In this document: in pieces, positions 52,298 through 62,253 of the stretch
Position numbering within the stretch: the stretch's first letter is position 1
Layout: the number at the start of each line of letters is the position of its first letter
Source: Ilumatobacter coccineus
GTDB taxonomy: Bacteria > Actinomycetota > Acidimicrobiia > Acidimicrobiales > Ilumatobacteraceae
DNA length: 63,647 bases
Reading direction: 5' to 3'
NCBI GenBank assembly: GCA_002748455.1
Contig: PDSL01000023.1
Span: 1 to 63,647 of the forward strand
The notes under the pieces: generated by a model
What the model was told of the DNA's origin: nothing
Database searches by the model: none
The model's input: the letters and a program-made list of their open reading frames with translations, nothing else
Made by a program: the position numbers and the translations under genes

Positions 52298-53003
52298 GCT
52301 TGGACACCGGTCGGCGGCGGGGAATCATGGTCCGTCTCCACTCGACGCGAGCTTCACGACGCAATTCTCGCCGGGCCCGACGAATATCGATACGGGCCTG
52401 GGTGACCGGGGCGACCTCGGCTTGTTTCCAGACCTTGACGAATCGCTGAAGAGCGGTGATCGTGATCAAGACAAGCATGATCCACATGACCCAGATCAGG
52501 GCGCCATGCCACCAGGGTTCAACCAGGATGCCGATCGAGATCACCACGATCCGTTCGGCCCGTTCCATCAAGCCGCCCTTGGCATCGAGCCCCAAGGATT
52601 CAGCCTTGGCCCGCTGATAGGAGATCACCAACGAGATCGATGACACCGCAAACGGCAGGACTGCGATCCGGGGATCGTAGGTGATGGCGAAATAGTAGGC
52701 GATGCCCCCGAGCAGGAGGGCATCGGTGATCCGGTCAACAGTCGAATCAAAAAAGGCGCCACGCTGGCTGGCAGCACCCGAAGCTTTGGCCAAGGCCCCG
52801 TCGAGCAGATCGGGCAAGGCCGCCAGGATCACCAGGATCAGTCCGAGATGGAGGTATCCAGCTCCGACAGCGATCGCTGCCCCGATCCCGATTGCGAGGC
52901 CCAAGAAGGTGAGATAGTCCGGTGTCAGACGGGTCTTGCGCATCCATTGTCCGAGGGGACGAATCGCTGCATCGATCGGGGCCCGAAACTTGCCATCAAA
53001 CAT
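52290..53003 (-). CDS. pgsA: CDP-alcohol phosphatidyltransferase (PI phosphate synthase)
   Basis: D.LDG.LA...GAFFDSTVDR..D signature; SY.RAKAE, G.MERAER. Confidence 0.9.
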   Translation of the reverse strand: MFDGKFRAPIDAAIRPLGQWMRKTRLTPDYLTFLGLAIGIGAAIAVGAGYLHLGLILVILAALPDLLDGALAKASGAASQRGAFFDSTVDRITDALLLGGIAYYFAITYDPRIAVLPFAVSSISLVISYQRAKAESLGLDAKGGLMERAERIVVISIGILVEPWWHGALIWVMWIMLVLITITALQRFVKVWKQAEVAPVTQARIDIRRARRELRREARVEWRRTMIPRRRPVSKRD

Positions 53004-53177
53004 GGGAGCGCCCTTCGACACCAGCGGTGACCGACAGCGGGTTGTGAGCTCCGATCATGCCGACCGGACCGGATACGCGATCAACGCCAGCAATACCGAC
53101 CATGGATCGCCAGCCTAGCCCGACCCGACCATCAGTTTTGCCGACCTGGGCGACCAGGCCCAGTGTGTGCTCCACCA

Positions 53178-55160
53178 TCAGGCGTTGAGGGCGCTCTCGG
53201 TCGACGCGGTGATCTCGCCGGTGATCTGGGTGATGAAGTCGTCGAGTCCGACGCCGCGTTCCACCTCGCCGCCACGGGGGTTGACGCCGACGGTTTCGGC
53301 TTCCACATCATCGTTGCCAACGACCAGGATGTAGGGAAGTTTGTCGAGCTTGGAAGCTCGAATCCGCTTGCCGAGGGCATCGTTGGCTGAGACCATGTCA
53401 ACCCGGCAGCCGGCCGCTGCCAGGCGATCGACCACGTGGCGGGCATAGTCCTCATGGTCGCTGGCAACCGGAAGCACCCTGACCTGGACCGGTGCCAACC
53501 AGGTTGGGAAGTTGCCGGCATAGTGCTCGATCAAGACCCCAAAGAACCGCTCGACCGAACCGAACAGGGCTCGGTGCAACATGATCGGACGGTGGCGCTC
53601 GTTGTCGGCGCCGACATATTCAAGATCAAACCGTTCGGGAAGCTGGAAGTCGGCCTGGATGGTGGAGAGCTGCCACGAGCGACCGATGGCATCACGCACA
53701 TCGATATCGATCTTGGGACCATAGAAGGCGGCATCGCCCTCCTTGACCCCATACTCGAGCCCGTGACGGTCGAGGGCCTGACGCAGGGCCTCGGTGGCTT
53801 GATCCCAGATCTCATCGTCACCGACATATTTCTCGGGGTTCTTGGTGGACAGGTTGAAGGCGAAGTCCTCAAATCCGAACGCCTTGAGGACTGACAACAC
53901 AAAGTCCAGCAAGGACGCGATCTCGTCAGCCAGTTGCTCACGGGCGCAATAGATATGGCTGTCGTCTTGGGTGAATCCCCGAATCCGCATCAAGCCGTGC
54001 AGTGTGCCGGCCCGCTCGTAGCGATAGACCGTGCCCAGCTCAAACAGCCTCAGCGGCAGCTCCCGATAGCTGCGCTGACGCGACCGATAGATCATGCAGT
54101 GCATGGGACAGTTCATCGGCTTCATGTAGTAGGTGCCGTTGTCCATCTCCATCGCCGGATACATCCCGTCCTCGTACCACTGGAGATGGCCGGAGGTTTC
54201 GAAGAGATGGCCGTTGGCCAGATGGGGGGTGTAGACAAACTCGTAGCCGCCCTTTTCGTGGCGCAGACGGCTGTAGTCCTCCATGATCTTGCGGATGATG
54301 GCACCCTTGGGATGCCACACCGCCAGTCCCCCACCGATGTCGGAGGGGAAGCTCAAGAGGTCAAGCTCGGTGGCCAGCTTGCGATGGTCGCGCTTGGCTG
54401 CTTCTTGGAGCTGGTGGAGGTGGGCGGCCAGCGCCTTGCGCGATTCCCAGGCGGTGCCATAGATGCGCTGGAGCATGGGGCCTTTCTCATTGCCCCGCCA
54501 ATAGGCACCGGCCACTTTCTGGAGGGCGAAATGGCCGAGATGGCTGGTGGAGGGCACATGGGGCCCAACACACATATCGATGAACTCGGGGGTATTGCGA
54601 TAGGCGCTGATGATCCCATCGCCAGCGACCTCTCCAGCATCATCGGCATCACCGCTGGCGCTTTCGACCCGTTCGATGATCTCGATCTTGTAGGGCTGGT
54701 CGGCAAAGACCTGTTTGGCTTCGTCCATCGACATTTCTGAGCGCTCAAAGGGCTGATCGTCAGCCATGATCTTCTTCATTTCGGCGGTGATCGCTTCGAG
54801 GTCGTCGTCGCTGAAGGTGGCGCCGCCGGGAAGATCAAAGTCGTAGTAGAACCCATTTTCGATCGCTGGACCGATCGAGAACTTGGCACCGGGGAAGAGC
54901 CGGGTGACCGCTTGAGCCATCACGTGAGCGGTCGAGTGACGCAGAACGTGGCGCCCCTCGGGAGTGTTGGCGGTGACGATCGAGACGGTGGCACCATCGG
55001 TGAGAGGACGGTTGAGATCACGCTCAACACCGTCGACCGTGGCAGCGACCGCCACCCGGGCCAAACCGGGTCCGATCGAGTGGGCGAGATCGAGAGCAGT
55101 CGAGCCGTCAGGAAGCTCTCGTTGGGAACCATCGGGAAGCGAGATGGTGATATTCGACAT
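53178..55160 (-). CDS. thrS: Threonyl-tRNA synthetase
   Basis: TGS domain, HSTAHV.A, DMC.GPHV, KPMNCP.H, RGFTQDD.H, HRALFGS.ERF. Confidence 0.99.
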   Translation of the reverse strand: MSNITISLPDGSQRELPDGSTALDLAHSIGPGLARVAVAATVDGVERDLNRPLTDGATVSIVTANTPEGRHVLRHSTAHVMAQAVTRLFPGAKFSIGPAIENGFYYDFDLPGGATFSDDDLEAITAEMKKIMADDQPFERSEMSMDEAKQVFADQPYKIEIIERVESASGDADDAGEVAGDGIISAYRNTPEFIDMCVGPHVPSTSHLGHFALQKVAGAYWRGNEKGPMLQRIYGTAWESRKALAAHLHQLQEAAKRDHRKLATELDLLSFPSDIGGGLAVWHPKGAIIRKIMEDYSRLRHEKGGYEFVYTPHLANGHLFETSGHLQWYEDGMYPAMEMDNGTYYMKPMNCPMHCMIYRSRQRSYRELPLRLFELGTVYRYERAGTLHGLMRIRGFTQDDSHIYCAREQLADEIASLLDFVLSVLKAFGFEDFAFNLSTKNPEKYVGDDEIWDQATEALRQALDRHGLEYGVKEGDAAFYGPKIDIDVRDAIGRSWQLSTIQADFQLPERFDLEYVGADNERHRPIMLHRALFGSVERFFGVLIEHYAGNFPTWLAPVQVRVLPVASDHEDYARHVVDRLAAAGCRVDMVSANDALGKRIRASKLDKLPYILVVGNDDVEAETVGVNPRGGEVERGVGLDDFITQITGEITASTESALNA

Positions 55161-55200
55161 AGTCGCCCAGCCTACGAGAACCAGAGCGGCGTCACTCGAT

Positions 55201-56352
55201 TCACGGGGTCAGAGAACGGGCTTCATCAAGGCGAACGCCGAGCACGGTGGCTGCAGCAGCGGTTGAGTGACCGGCTGCTGCGGCTTCGTCGATCAAGCGG
55301 ATCGCTCCCGGCGAGTCGAGATCGTCATCGAGGCGTTCGCTGACCGCCGCGACCAGATCGGTGCGAGTGCCGTCTGCTGCCGCTGCCCATCGGTTCAGGC
55401 GCTCGAGGTTGCGGTCGATCAGCTGATCGTCCCACTCCCATTCGCTGCGATAGTGGTGTTCGATCAGACCAAGTCGGATTGCGGCCGCTGGATAGCGCTC
55501 GCGAAGCTGGTCGACGAAGACCAGGTTGCCAAGGCTTTTCGACATCTTGTCACCATCCATCCAGACCAGAGCGGTGTGCATCCAGTGCTTGACGAAGGGC
55601 ACTCCGATGACGCTTTCGGATTGGGCTCGTTCGCATTCGTGATGGGGGAAGATCAGGTCGCTGCCGCCGCCATGGAGGTCGATGGTGTCGCCGAGTTCGC
55701 GCCACGCGAGAGCGCTGCATTCGATGTGCCAGCCGGGTCGGCCAGCGCCCCAGATCGTGTCCCATGCAGGCTCATCGGATGCCGATGGGTGCCAGAGGAC
55801 GAAGTCGAGGGGATGTCGTTTGTGGGGATCGTCTACCTGGCCACCTCGTTCGCGAGCCAGTTCGATCATCTCGGCTTCGCTGTAGTGGCCGACCCCACCA
55901 AAGGAGGGATATCGAGAGATATCGAAATAGATCGATCCTCCGGCCTGGTAGGCCACGCCAGCGTCGAGGGCCGCGCCGATCAAGCGTCGGATGTCGGGGA
56001 TCGCCGACGATGCCCGCGGTGCGCTGGCGACCGGCAGGGCGTTGAGGGCGACGAGGTCACGATCGAAGCGGGCTTCTTCAGCAGCGGCGAGGTCGAGATA
56101 GTGGATCCCAAGTTCACGAGCCTTGTCGAAGAGCGGGTCATCGACATCGGTCACGTTGCGCACACAGGTGACCGTGTGCCCTTGGGAGATCAGGTGCCGT
56201 TTGAGCAGGTCGAAGGCGATAAAGGTGAAGGCGTGGCCGAGATGGGTGGCGTCATAGGGGGTGATCCCGCAGGTGTACATCTTGACGTGGTGATCGGCAT
56301 CGAAGGGGACGACCGCTTGGCGCGCCGTGTCGTAGAGCTTCAAGGTGGTCAT
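55201..56352 (-). CDS. mshC: Cysteine:GlcN-Ins ligase MshC-like (CysRS paralog without anticodon domain)
   Basis: CGITPYDATHLGHA, NVTDVDDPL, GRPGWHIECS, GG.DLIFPHHE, KMSKSLGN; about 383 aa. Confidence 0.85.
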   Translation of the reverse strand: MTTLKLYDTARQAVVPFDADHHVKMYTCGITPYDATHLGHAFTFIAFDLLKRHLISQGHTVTCVRNVTDVDDPLFDKARELGIHYLDLAAAEEARFDRDLVALNALPVASAPRASSAIPDIRRLIGAALDAGVAYQAGGSIYFDISRYPSFGGVGHYSEAEMIELARERGGQVDDPHKRHPLDFVLWHPSASDEPAWDTIWGAGRPGWHIECSALAWRELGDTIDLHGGGSDLIFPHHECERAQSESVIGVPFVKHWMHTALVWMDGDKMSKSLGNLVFVDQLRERYPAAAIRLGLIEHHYRSEWEWDDQLIDRNLERLNRWAAAADGTRTDLVAAVSERLDDDLDSPGAIRLIDEAAAAGHSTAAAATVLGVRLDEARSLTP

Positions 56353-56511
56353 CGCTGCTGCCTCGTGGCGTTGGCGTTGATTGAGAGTCCCATAGGTGTC
56401 GATCCTGCCATATCGACGACCGTGCTCACGACCAGGTGAGCCCGCATCGAGCGTGGTCGCCGATGGCGTGATCATCGTCACGTGGGGTCGTGGCGGCTAA
56501 CTTGCAGGTCT

Positions 56512-57279
56512 ATGGGAATCCTCGATGGGAAAAAGCTCGTCATCACCGGTGTCTTGACCAATGCCTCGCTGGCTTATGGAGTCGCCAAGATCGCCCTTGC
56601 CGAGGGCGCGGAGATTGTGCTCACCGGAGCTGGCCGAGCCCATCGCCTCACCCAGCGCACCGCCCGCAAGCTCGGCGCCGATATCGAGGTGCTCGAACTC
56701 GATGTCACCGATCCAGCCCAGGTTGGCGCCGCTGTCGAGGCGGTCACCGCCAAGTGGGGTCGGGTTGATGGGGTACTCCACGCCATCGGCTTCGCTCCCG
56801 ACTCGTGTCTGGGCGACGACTTCTTGGCCACACCCTGGGACGATGTCGCTGTCGCCCTTCATGTGTCGACCTATTCGCTCAAGGTGCTCGCCCAAGCCTT
56901 CGCTCCCCTGATGACCGAGGGTGGCTCGATCGTGGGACTCGACTTTGACAACAGCCGGGCCTGGCCGGCCTATAACTGGATGGGGGTCGCCAAGTCGGCC
57001 CTCCAGAGCTTGTCGCGATATCTGGCCCGCGAACTCGGTCCCCGCCAGATCCGCTGCAACCTGGTTGCCGCTGGCCCGATCAAGACGATGGCCGCCAAGT
57101 CGATTCCCGGTTTCGCCCAGTTCGAAGAGGTGTGGGATGAGCGAGCTCCCTTGGGATGGGATGTTCGCGACAGCGAGCCGGTCGCTCGCGCCTGTGTGGC
57201 CCTCCTGTCGGACTGGTTCCCCGCCACGACCGGTGAGGTGATCCATGTCGATGGCGGGCACCACGCCATGGGCGCCTGA
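56512..57279 (+). CDS. fabI: Enoyl-ACP reductase (FabI/InhA type)
   Basis: ITGVLT..SLAY, HAIGFAP, YNWMGVAK.AL, AAGPIKT.AA; TAACTT 8 nt before ATG. Confidence 0.95.
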   Translation: MGILDGKKLVITGVLTNASLAYGVAKIALAEGAEIVLTGAGRAHRLTQRTARKLGADIEVLELDVTDPAQVGAAVEAVTAKWGRVDGVLHAIGFAPDSCLGDDFLATPWDDVAVALHVSTYSLKVLAQAFAPLMTEGGSIVGLDFDNSRAWPAYNWMGVAKSALQSLSRYLARELGPRQIRCNLVAAGPIKTMAAKSIPGFAQFEEVWDERAPLGWDVRDSEPVARACVALLSDWFPATTGEVIHVDGGHHAMGA

Positions 57280-57353
57280 CCAAGCCTTCTTCACCTGGGA
57301 GATCGGTTACGACAATGGTGCACCCGCACGACCCGCAGCCGCAGCCAGCGGGT

Positions 57354-57995
57354 TCAGCGGGCGCCGAGCTCGACCAGGTCTTCAGCCATCGTCCAGCCAT
57401 AGACGATCATGACCTGGCCGTCATCGAGCACCTCGAGCATGGCTGCCTGGTCGGCGTCGAGGTCACTCGTGGCGATGATGTCGATATGCCCAACCCGGTG
57501 GTTGGTGGCCACAAAGGCCTTGGCGTCATAGCCGCGATCCACGCCAAACCGCTTGGCCAGGCGACGCCCCCAGGCCCGCTCTTCACCTACAGCAGCCTTA
57601 CCCGGTGCTGGGGTGACATCATCGAGCTTGGTGAGTGCCAGGAGACCATCGGCAGAGACAAACCGTGAGCCGACCACCACATCTTCATCGGGGAACGCCA
57701 TCAGGGCCCGGTGATAGGCCTCACCCATCAGCCCCTCAAGGGTGCTCTCGCTCGTCGCATTGCGCTTAACGCTGATCATCCCGATCAAGACACACGGCGT
57801 TCCACCGATGCGCTCAAGGGTGGAAAACATGAACCCTTCAAGTTCACCATCAACCCGGGCCACGGTGGCGAGCACCCATTCTTCGCGGCAGGTGGAGATC
57901 GTGTCGAGATCAAAGGCTCCTTCGATCGATGCCATCTCAGCGAGATCAGCATCGGTCAGGGCGGTGGCATCATTGGTCACAACTTCGATCGACAT
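57354..57995 (-). CDS. Conserved hypothetical protein (GNAT-like N-terminal pattern suspected)
   Basis: 213-aa ORF with GGAGAAGGA SD; EEWVL...GF.FSTLERIGGTPC.L.G and RALMAFPDEDV.VG look like conserved blocks. Confidence 0.7.
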   Translation of the reverse strand: MSIEVVTNDATALTDADLAEMASIEGAFDLDTISTCREEWVLATVARVDGELEGFMFSTLERIGGTPCVLIGMISVKRNATSESTLEGLMGEAYHRALMAFPDEDVVVGSRFVSADGLLALTKLDDVTPAPGKAAVGEERAWGRRLAKRFGVDRGYDAKAFVATNHRVGHIDIIATSDLDADQAAMLEVLDDGQVMIVYGWTMAEDLVELGAR

Positions 57996-58092
57996 GGTTT
58001 CCTTCTCCAGGACGCGAACAGTTCTCTATTCTGCCACAGTTCGCCCTGGCTCCCTCACCAACGGCTCACCAGGCCGCCCAGATCAGCCCCAA

Positions 58093-61000
58093 TCAGGTGG
58101 CATCGGCATCGAAGACGACCGAATCATGACCGAAGACCATGCGGATCTCCCCCACGATGGCAGTGATGTCAACGCAGAATTCATCAGCCAGGCGAACGAT
58201 CTGTCCCTGTCCAAGATCAATCTCCACCACCGACTCACCGGGGAACTCGCGCAAGACTCGACGGAGCCGATGGATACCCAACTCATCGAGGGAATAGGAC
58301 GGCAGATAGAGCCGCAAGGTAGGAGCGCCCCCATCGGCCAATCCCGCTAAGACCTGGATGTCTTGGGCGACCACATTGAGACGTGATTCATCCCGTCGAT
58401 TCAGGCGGCCCTTGACCGACACGATGATGTCGTCGTCGATCTTGTGACTCAGCTTCTTCATCGCCTGAGGGAAGACGACGACCTCGACCGACTCATCGAG
58501 CCCTTCGAGGATAAAGACCGCCATCTGGTCACCACGCTTGGTGAACTTACGGGTGACCTCGGTCATCACCCCACCAACCATCACCGTCGTGCCATCGTTG
58601 AGCTGAGAGAGCTGGGAGATGTCGTGGGTGACCCGGCGACGCAGAGCCGACTCAACCCCCAAGAGCGGATGGTCCGACACATAGCGGCCGAGCATCTCTT
58701 TCTCAGCCTTGAGCATGTCAGCCTTGTCAAACTCGATGTCGGGGATATCGACCCGTTCATCGAAGACCTCTTCCCCACCGGCGCTGTCATCCCACTCGCC
58801 AAAGAGGCTCATGATCCCCTGATCACGCTCCCGACGACGATGCAGGGTGGTGTCGATGATCGACTCAAACACGGTCAAGAGCCCCCGGCGCGGGTGCCCC
58901 AACCGGTCGAATGCTCCAGCCTTGATCAAGGATTCGACCGTCCGCTTGTTGAGCACCGATTCCGGAGCCCGCTCAACAAAGTCGTAGAACGACTCGTAGG
59001 GGCCGTTCTCATCTCGTTCAGCGAGAAGCTGTTCAACAAGACCCTCGCCCACATTGCGGACGGCAGAGAGCCCAAAGGTGATCACTCCAGGGCTTCCCAA
59101 CGGCAGCTCGATGTCATCGGGTACCTGGTCGGCCAAGAGGGCACCAAAGTTCATCACCGACCGATTGATGTCGGGATTGGTGACCGTGATCCCCGCTGAG
59201 CGGCAATCAGCCAGATAGACCCCGGCCTTGTCGAGGTCGCTCTTCACGCTGGTGAGCAGACAGGCCATGTATTCGACCGGATAGTTGGCCTTGAGGTAAG
59301 CGGTTTGGTACGCGACCAACCCATAGCCATAGGTGTGGGACTTGTTAAAGGCGTAGTCGGCAAATTTCTCGATGGTGTCGAACAGGCTCTTGCCCAATTC
59401 CTTGGTGTAGCCCTGGGCGACCACCCCGGCCTCGAATTTGTCACGCTCAGCGGCCATCACCTCGCGGACCTTCTTCCCCATCGCCTTGCGCAAGAGATCA
59501 GCCTCGGCGAGGGAATAGCCAGCGAAGGCTTGGGCCACCCTCATCACCGACTCCTGATAGATCATCAAGCCATAGGTGTCTTCGAGGAGGTCGCGAGCAT
59601 CGTCGTGGAAGTACTCGACCTGCTTGCGTCCATTCTTGCGATCAGCAAAGTCGATATGCATGTTCTCACCCATCGGCCCGGGCCGATAGAGGGCGAGCAC
59701 CGCAGCCACATCACCAAAGGAGACCGGCATCATTCGCTTGAGAAGCTGACGCATGCCAGCTGATTCGAGCTGGAAGACCCCAGCGGTATCCCCCCGACTC
59801 AGGAGCTCGAAGGTCGCCGGGTCGTCCAGAGGCACTTCGTCGATATCGAAGTCGGGATCATGGATCGCACGGATCATGTCCTGGGCATCGGCGATCACAT
59901 CGAGGTTACGCAACCCCAAGAAGTCCATCTTCAAGAGCCCAAGACTCTCCACCCCACCCATCTCGTATTGGGTCACCAGGGGGGCATCTTCGGGGTCTTG
60001 GCCCGATTCGGGCTTGCGCTGGATCGGGAGATAGTCGATCACCGGGTCCTTGGTGATCACCACCGCGGCAGCGTGGATACCGTCGGAGCGCACGAGGCCT
60101 TCAAGCCCCTTGGCCACATCGACCACCGACTTGACGTCTTCATCGCTCTCGTACAGGCTCCTCAGGTCAGCTGCTGCCTTATAGCCATCGGCGTACTTCT
60201 CTGTCGGCTCCAGACAGGCGGTCAGCGGGGTGTCTCGTCCCATCACCAAGGGAGGCATCGCTTTGGCGATCTTGTCGCCGAGGCCATAGGGATAGCCAAG
60301 CACCCGAGCGGCATCACGCACCGCGTTACGAGCCTTGATCTTGGAAAAGGTGACGATCTGGGCGACATGGTCCCGGCCATATCGCTCAGCGGCGTAACGG
60401 ATCATCTGTTGGCGATATCGGGAGTCGAAGTCCATATCGATATCGGGCATCGAGACCCGGCTGGGGTTGAGGAATCGCTCGAAGAGGAGGTCGTACTTGA
60501 TCGGGTCGAGGTCGGCGATCCAGAGGCAATAGGCCACCGCACATCCGGCGGCCGATCCCCGGCCGGGCCCCACCCGGATCCCCGACTCGCGGGCGTAACG
60601 AATCAAGTCCCAGACGATCAAGAAATAGGAGGCAAAGCCCATCTGGTTGATGATGCCGAGCTCGTAATTCACCCGTTCGATGACCTCGGGCGACAGGTTG
60701 GTCCCCCACCGACGTTTGGCTCCTTCCCACGTCAGGTGTTCGAGATAGGCCTTATCGTCAGCAAACCCTTCGGGAATCGGGAAATCGGGCAAGACCGTTC
60801 CACCGAATTCGATCGTCAGATCACTTCGTTCAGCAATCCACAAGGTGTTGTCGCAGGCCTCGGGCACTTCAGCGAAGAGGTGACGCATCTCCCGGGCCGT
60901 CTTGAGATAGTGCTCACTTCCGTTGAACTTGAACCGATTCGGATCGCTGAGCAGGGACCCGGTCTGGACACACAAGAGGGCACCGTGGGCCGAGTGGTCG

Positions 61001-61680
61001 TCCTGATCGATGTAATGCGAGTCGTTGGTGGCGATGAGGGGTGCGCCGATGGTCTTGGCGATCTGCAAGAGCTGGGGATTGGTGGCTTGCTGCTCGGGCA
61101 GGCCATGGTCCTGGAGCTCGACAAAGAGATTGTCGCGGCCAAAGATGTCTTGGAGCCGAGCAGCGTGGGCCAGCGCCCCCTTCTCATCGCCCTGCATCAA
61201 GGACTGGAGGACATGACCCCCCAGACAGCCAGTGCTACAGATCACCCCGTCGGAATACTCTTCGAGGAGATCCCAGTCCATGCGCGGCTTGTAATAGAAC
61301 CCTTCGAGAAAGGCTCGGCTCGAGAGATGGATCAGGTTGCGATAGCCGATCTCGTTTTCGGCCAGCAAGGTGAGGTGATAGTAGAGCTTCTGCCCAGCAT
61401 CGGTGTCGCCCCCGGAGTCATCGATGCGACCCCGTCGGGTTGGACGTTCGGAACGATGCTCATGGGCCATATAGGCCTCGGTGCCGATGATCGGCTTGAT
61501 GCCCTCTTTCTCGCACGCCTTGTAGAACTCGAGGGTGCCATACATATTGCCGTGGTCGGTCATCCCGAGGGCGGGTTGGCCATCACTGACCGCCTTGGCG
61601 ACCAATTCCTCGATGCGAGCAGCACCATCAAGGAGGGAGTACTCGGTATGAACGTGGAGATGGGTAAACGACTCGGTCAT
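58093..61680 (-). CDS. dnaE: DNA polymerase III alpha subunit
   Basis: FTHLHVHTEYSLLDG PHP domain, GRGSAAG, PDIDMD, KMDFLGL, YAFNKSH, OB fold; no intein-sized insertion. Confidence 0.99.
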   Translation of the reverse strand: MTESFTHLHVHTEYSLLDGAARIEELVAKAVSDGQPALGMTDHGNMYGTLEFYKACEKEGIKPIIGTEAYMAHEHRSERPTRRGRIDDSGGDTDAGQKLYYHLTLLAENEIGYRNLIHLSSRAFLEGFYYKPRMDWDLLEEYSDGVICSTGCLGGHVLQSLMQGDEKGALAHAARLQDIFGRDNLFVELQDHGLPEQQATNPQLLQIAKTIGAPLIATNDSHYIDQDDHSAHGALLCVQTGSLLSDPNRFKFNGSEHYLKTAREMRHLFAEVPEACDNTLWIAERSDLTIEFGGTVLPDFPIPEGFADDKAYLEHLTWEGAKRRWGTNLSPEVIERVNYELGIINQMGFASYFLIVWDLIRYARESGIRVGPGRGSAAGCAVAYCLWIADLDPIKYDLLFERFLNPSRVSMPDIDMDFDSRYRQQMIRYAAERYGRDHVAQIVTFSKIKARNAVRDAARVLGYPYGLGDKIAKAMPPLVMGRDTPLTACLEPTEKYADGYKAAADLRSLYESDEDVKSVVDVAKGLEGLVRSDGIHAAAVVITKDPVIDYLPIQRKPESGQDPEDAPLVTQYEMGGVESLGLLKMDFLGLRNLDVIADAQDMIRAIHDPDFDIDEVPLDDPATFELLSRGDTAGVFQLESAGMRQLLKRMMPVSFGDVAAVLALYRPGPMGENMHIDFADRKNGRKQVEYFHDDARDLLEDTYGLMIYQESVMRVAQAFAGYSLAEADLLRKAMGKKVREVMAAERDKFEAGVVAQGYTKELGKSLFDTIEKFADYAFNKSHTYGYGLVAYQTAYLKANYPVEYMACLLTSVKSDLDKAGVYLADCRSAGITVTNPDINRSVMNFGALLADQVPDDIELPLGSPGVITFGLSAVRNVGEGLVEQLLAERDENGPYESFYDFVERAPESVLNKRTVESLIKAGAFDRLGHPRRGLLTVFESIIDTTLHRRRERDQGIMSLFGEWDDSAGGEEVFDERVDIPDIEFDKADMLKAEKEMLGRYVSDHPLLGVESALRRRVTHDISQLSQLNDGTTVMVGGVMTEVTRKFTKRGDQMAVFILEGLDESVEVVVFPQAMKKLSHKIDDDIIVSVKGRLNRRDESRLNVVAQDIQVLAGLADGGAPTLRLYLPSYSLDELGIHRLRRVLREFPGESVVEIDLGQGQIVRLADEFCVDITAIVGEIRMVFGHDSVVFDADAT

Positions 61681-61701
61681 AGGGTGGGGTTCGACCTTAG
61701 C

Positions 61702-62208
61702 TCACAGATAGGTGCCGGGACCGGGTGATGCCTGATCGGCTCCCGAGGGGAGCTGGCGCATCTGCTCGATCTGGTCGCGAGCAGCAATCTGCTGGGCGAA
61801 CAAGGTGGCCTGAATCCCGTGGAAGAGCCCTTCAAGCCAGCCCACAAGCTGAGCTTGGGCCACCCTGAGCTCTCCCTCGCTGGGCACATCGTCGGCATCG
61901 AAGGGCAAGGTCAGCATGCGCAGTTCTTGTTGGAGATCGGGGCTCAGCGCATCGGAGAGCTCGACGACCGAACGCTCATAGATCTCGGCCAATCGTTCAC
62001 GGCTCGCTTCATCGAGGGGAGCTTGACGCACCTCTTCGAGGAGCTGGCGGACCATGGCGCCGATCCTCATCACCTTGCCCGGTTCCGTCACCGCGGTTTC
62101 CTGGGCATCGTCGTCGGGTGCGGTACCGGAGTCATCGGGAACGATCACGTCGGGATGCTCAACGGTCTCCTCGGTCGGGGTGTTCGGGGTATCGCTCGGT
62201 GATGTCAT
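61702..62208 (-). CDS. bpa: Bacterial proteasome activator Bpa/PafE (DUF2587)
   Basis: P.KVMRIG.M.RQLL.EVR.APLDEASR.RL, ELRVAQAQLVGWLEGLFHGIQ; C-terminal GTYL (cf. GQYL). Confidence 0.92.
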   Translation of the reverse strand: MTSPSDTPNTPTEETVEHPDVIVPDDSGTAPDDDAQETAVTEPGKVMRIGAMVRQLLEEVRQAPLDEASRERLAEIYERSVVELSDALSPDLQQELRMLTLPFDADDVPSEGELRVAQAQLVGWLEGLFHGIQATLFAQQIAARDQIEQMRQLPSGADQASPGPGTYL

Positions 62209-62253
62209 CGTGGTGGTTATTCAATCAGCCAACCGGCCTCACCCACGAGGTCA

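Noticed and set aside
58010-58050. GAACTGTTC near dnaE as a LexA box
   Set aside because: The spacing is GAAC-N1-GTTC, not the actinobacterial CGAAC-N4-GTTCG
58093-61680. Possible intein or split in dnaE
   Set aside because: The ORF is continuous, of normal length, with no C/S...HN intein boundaries seen
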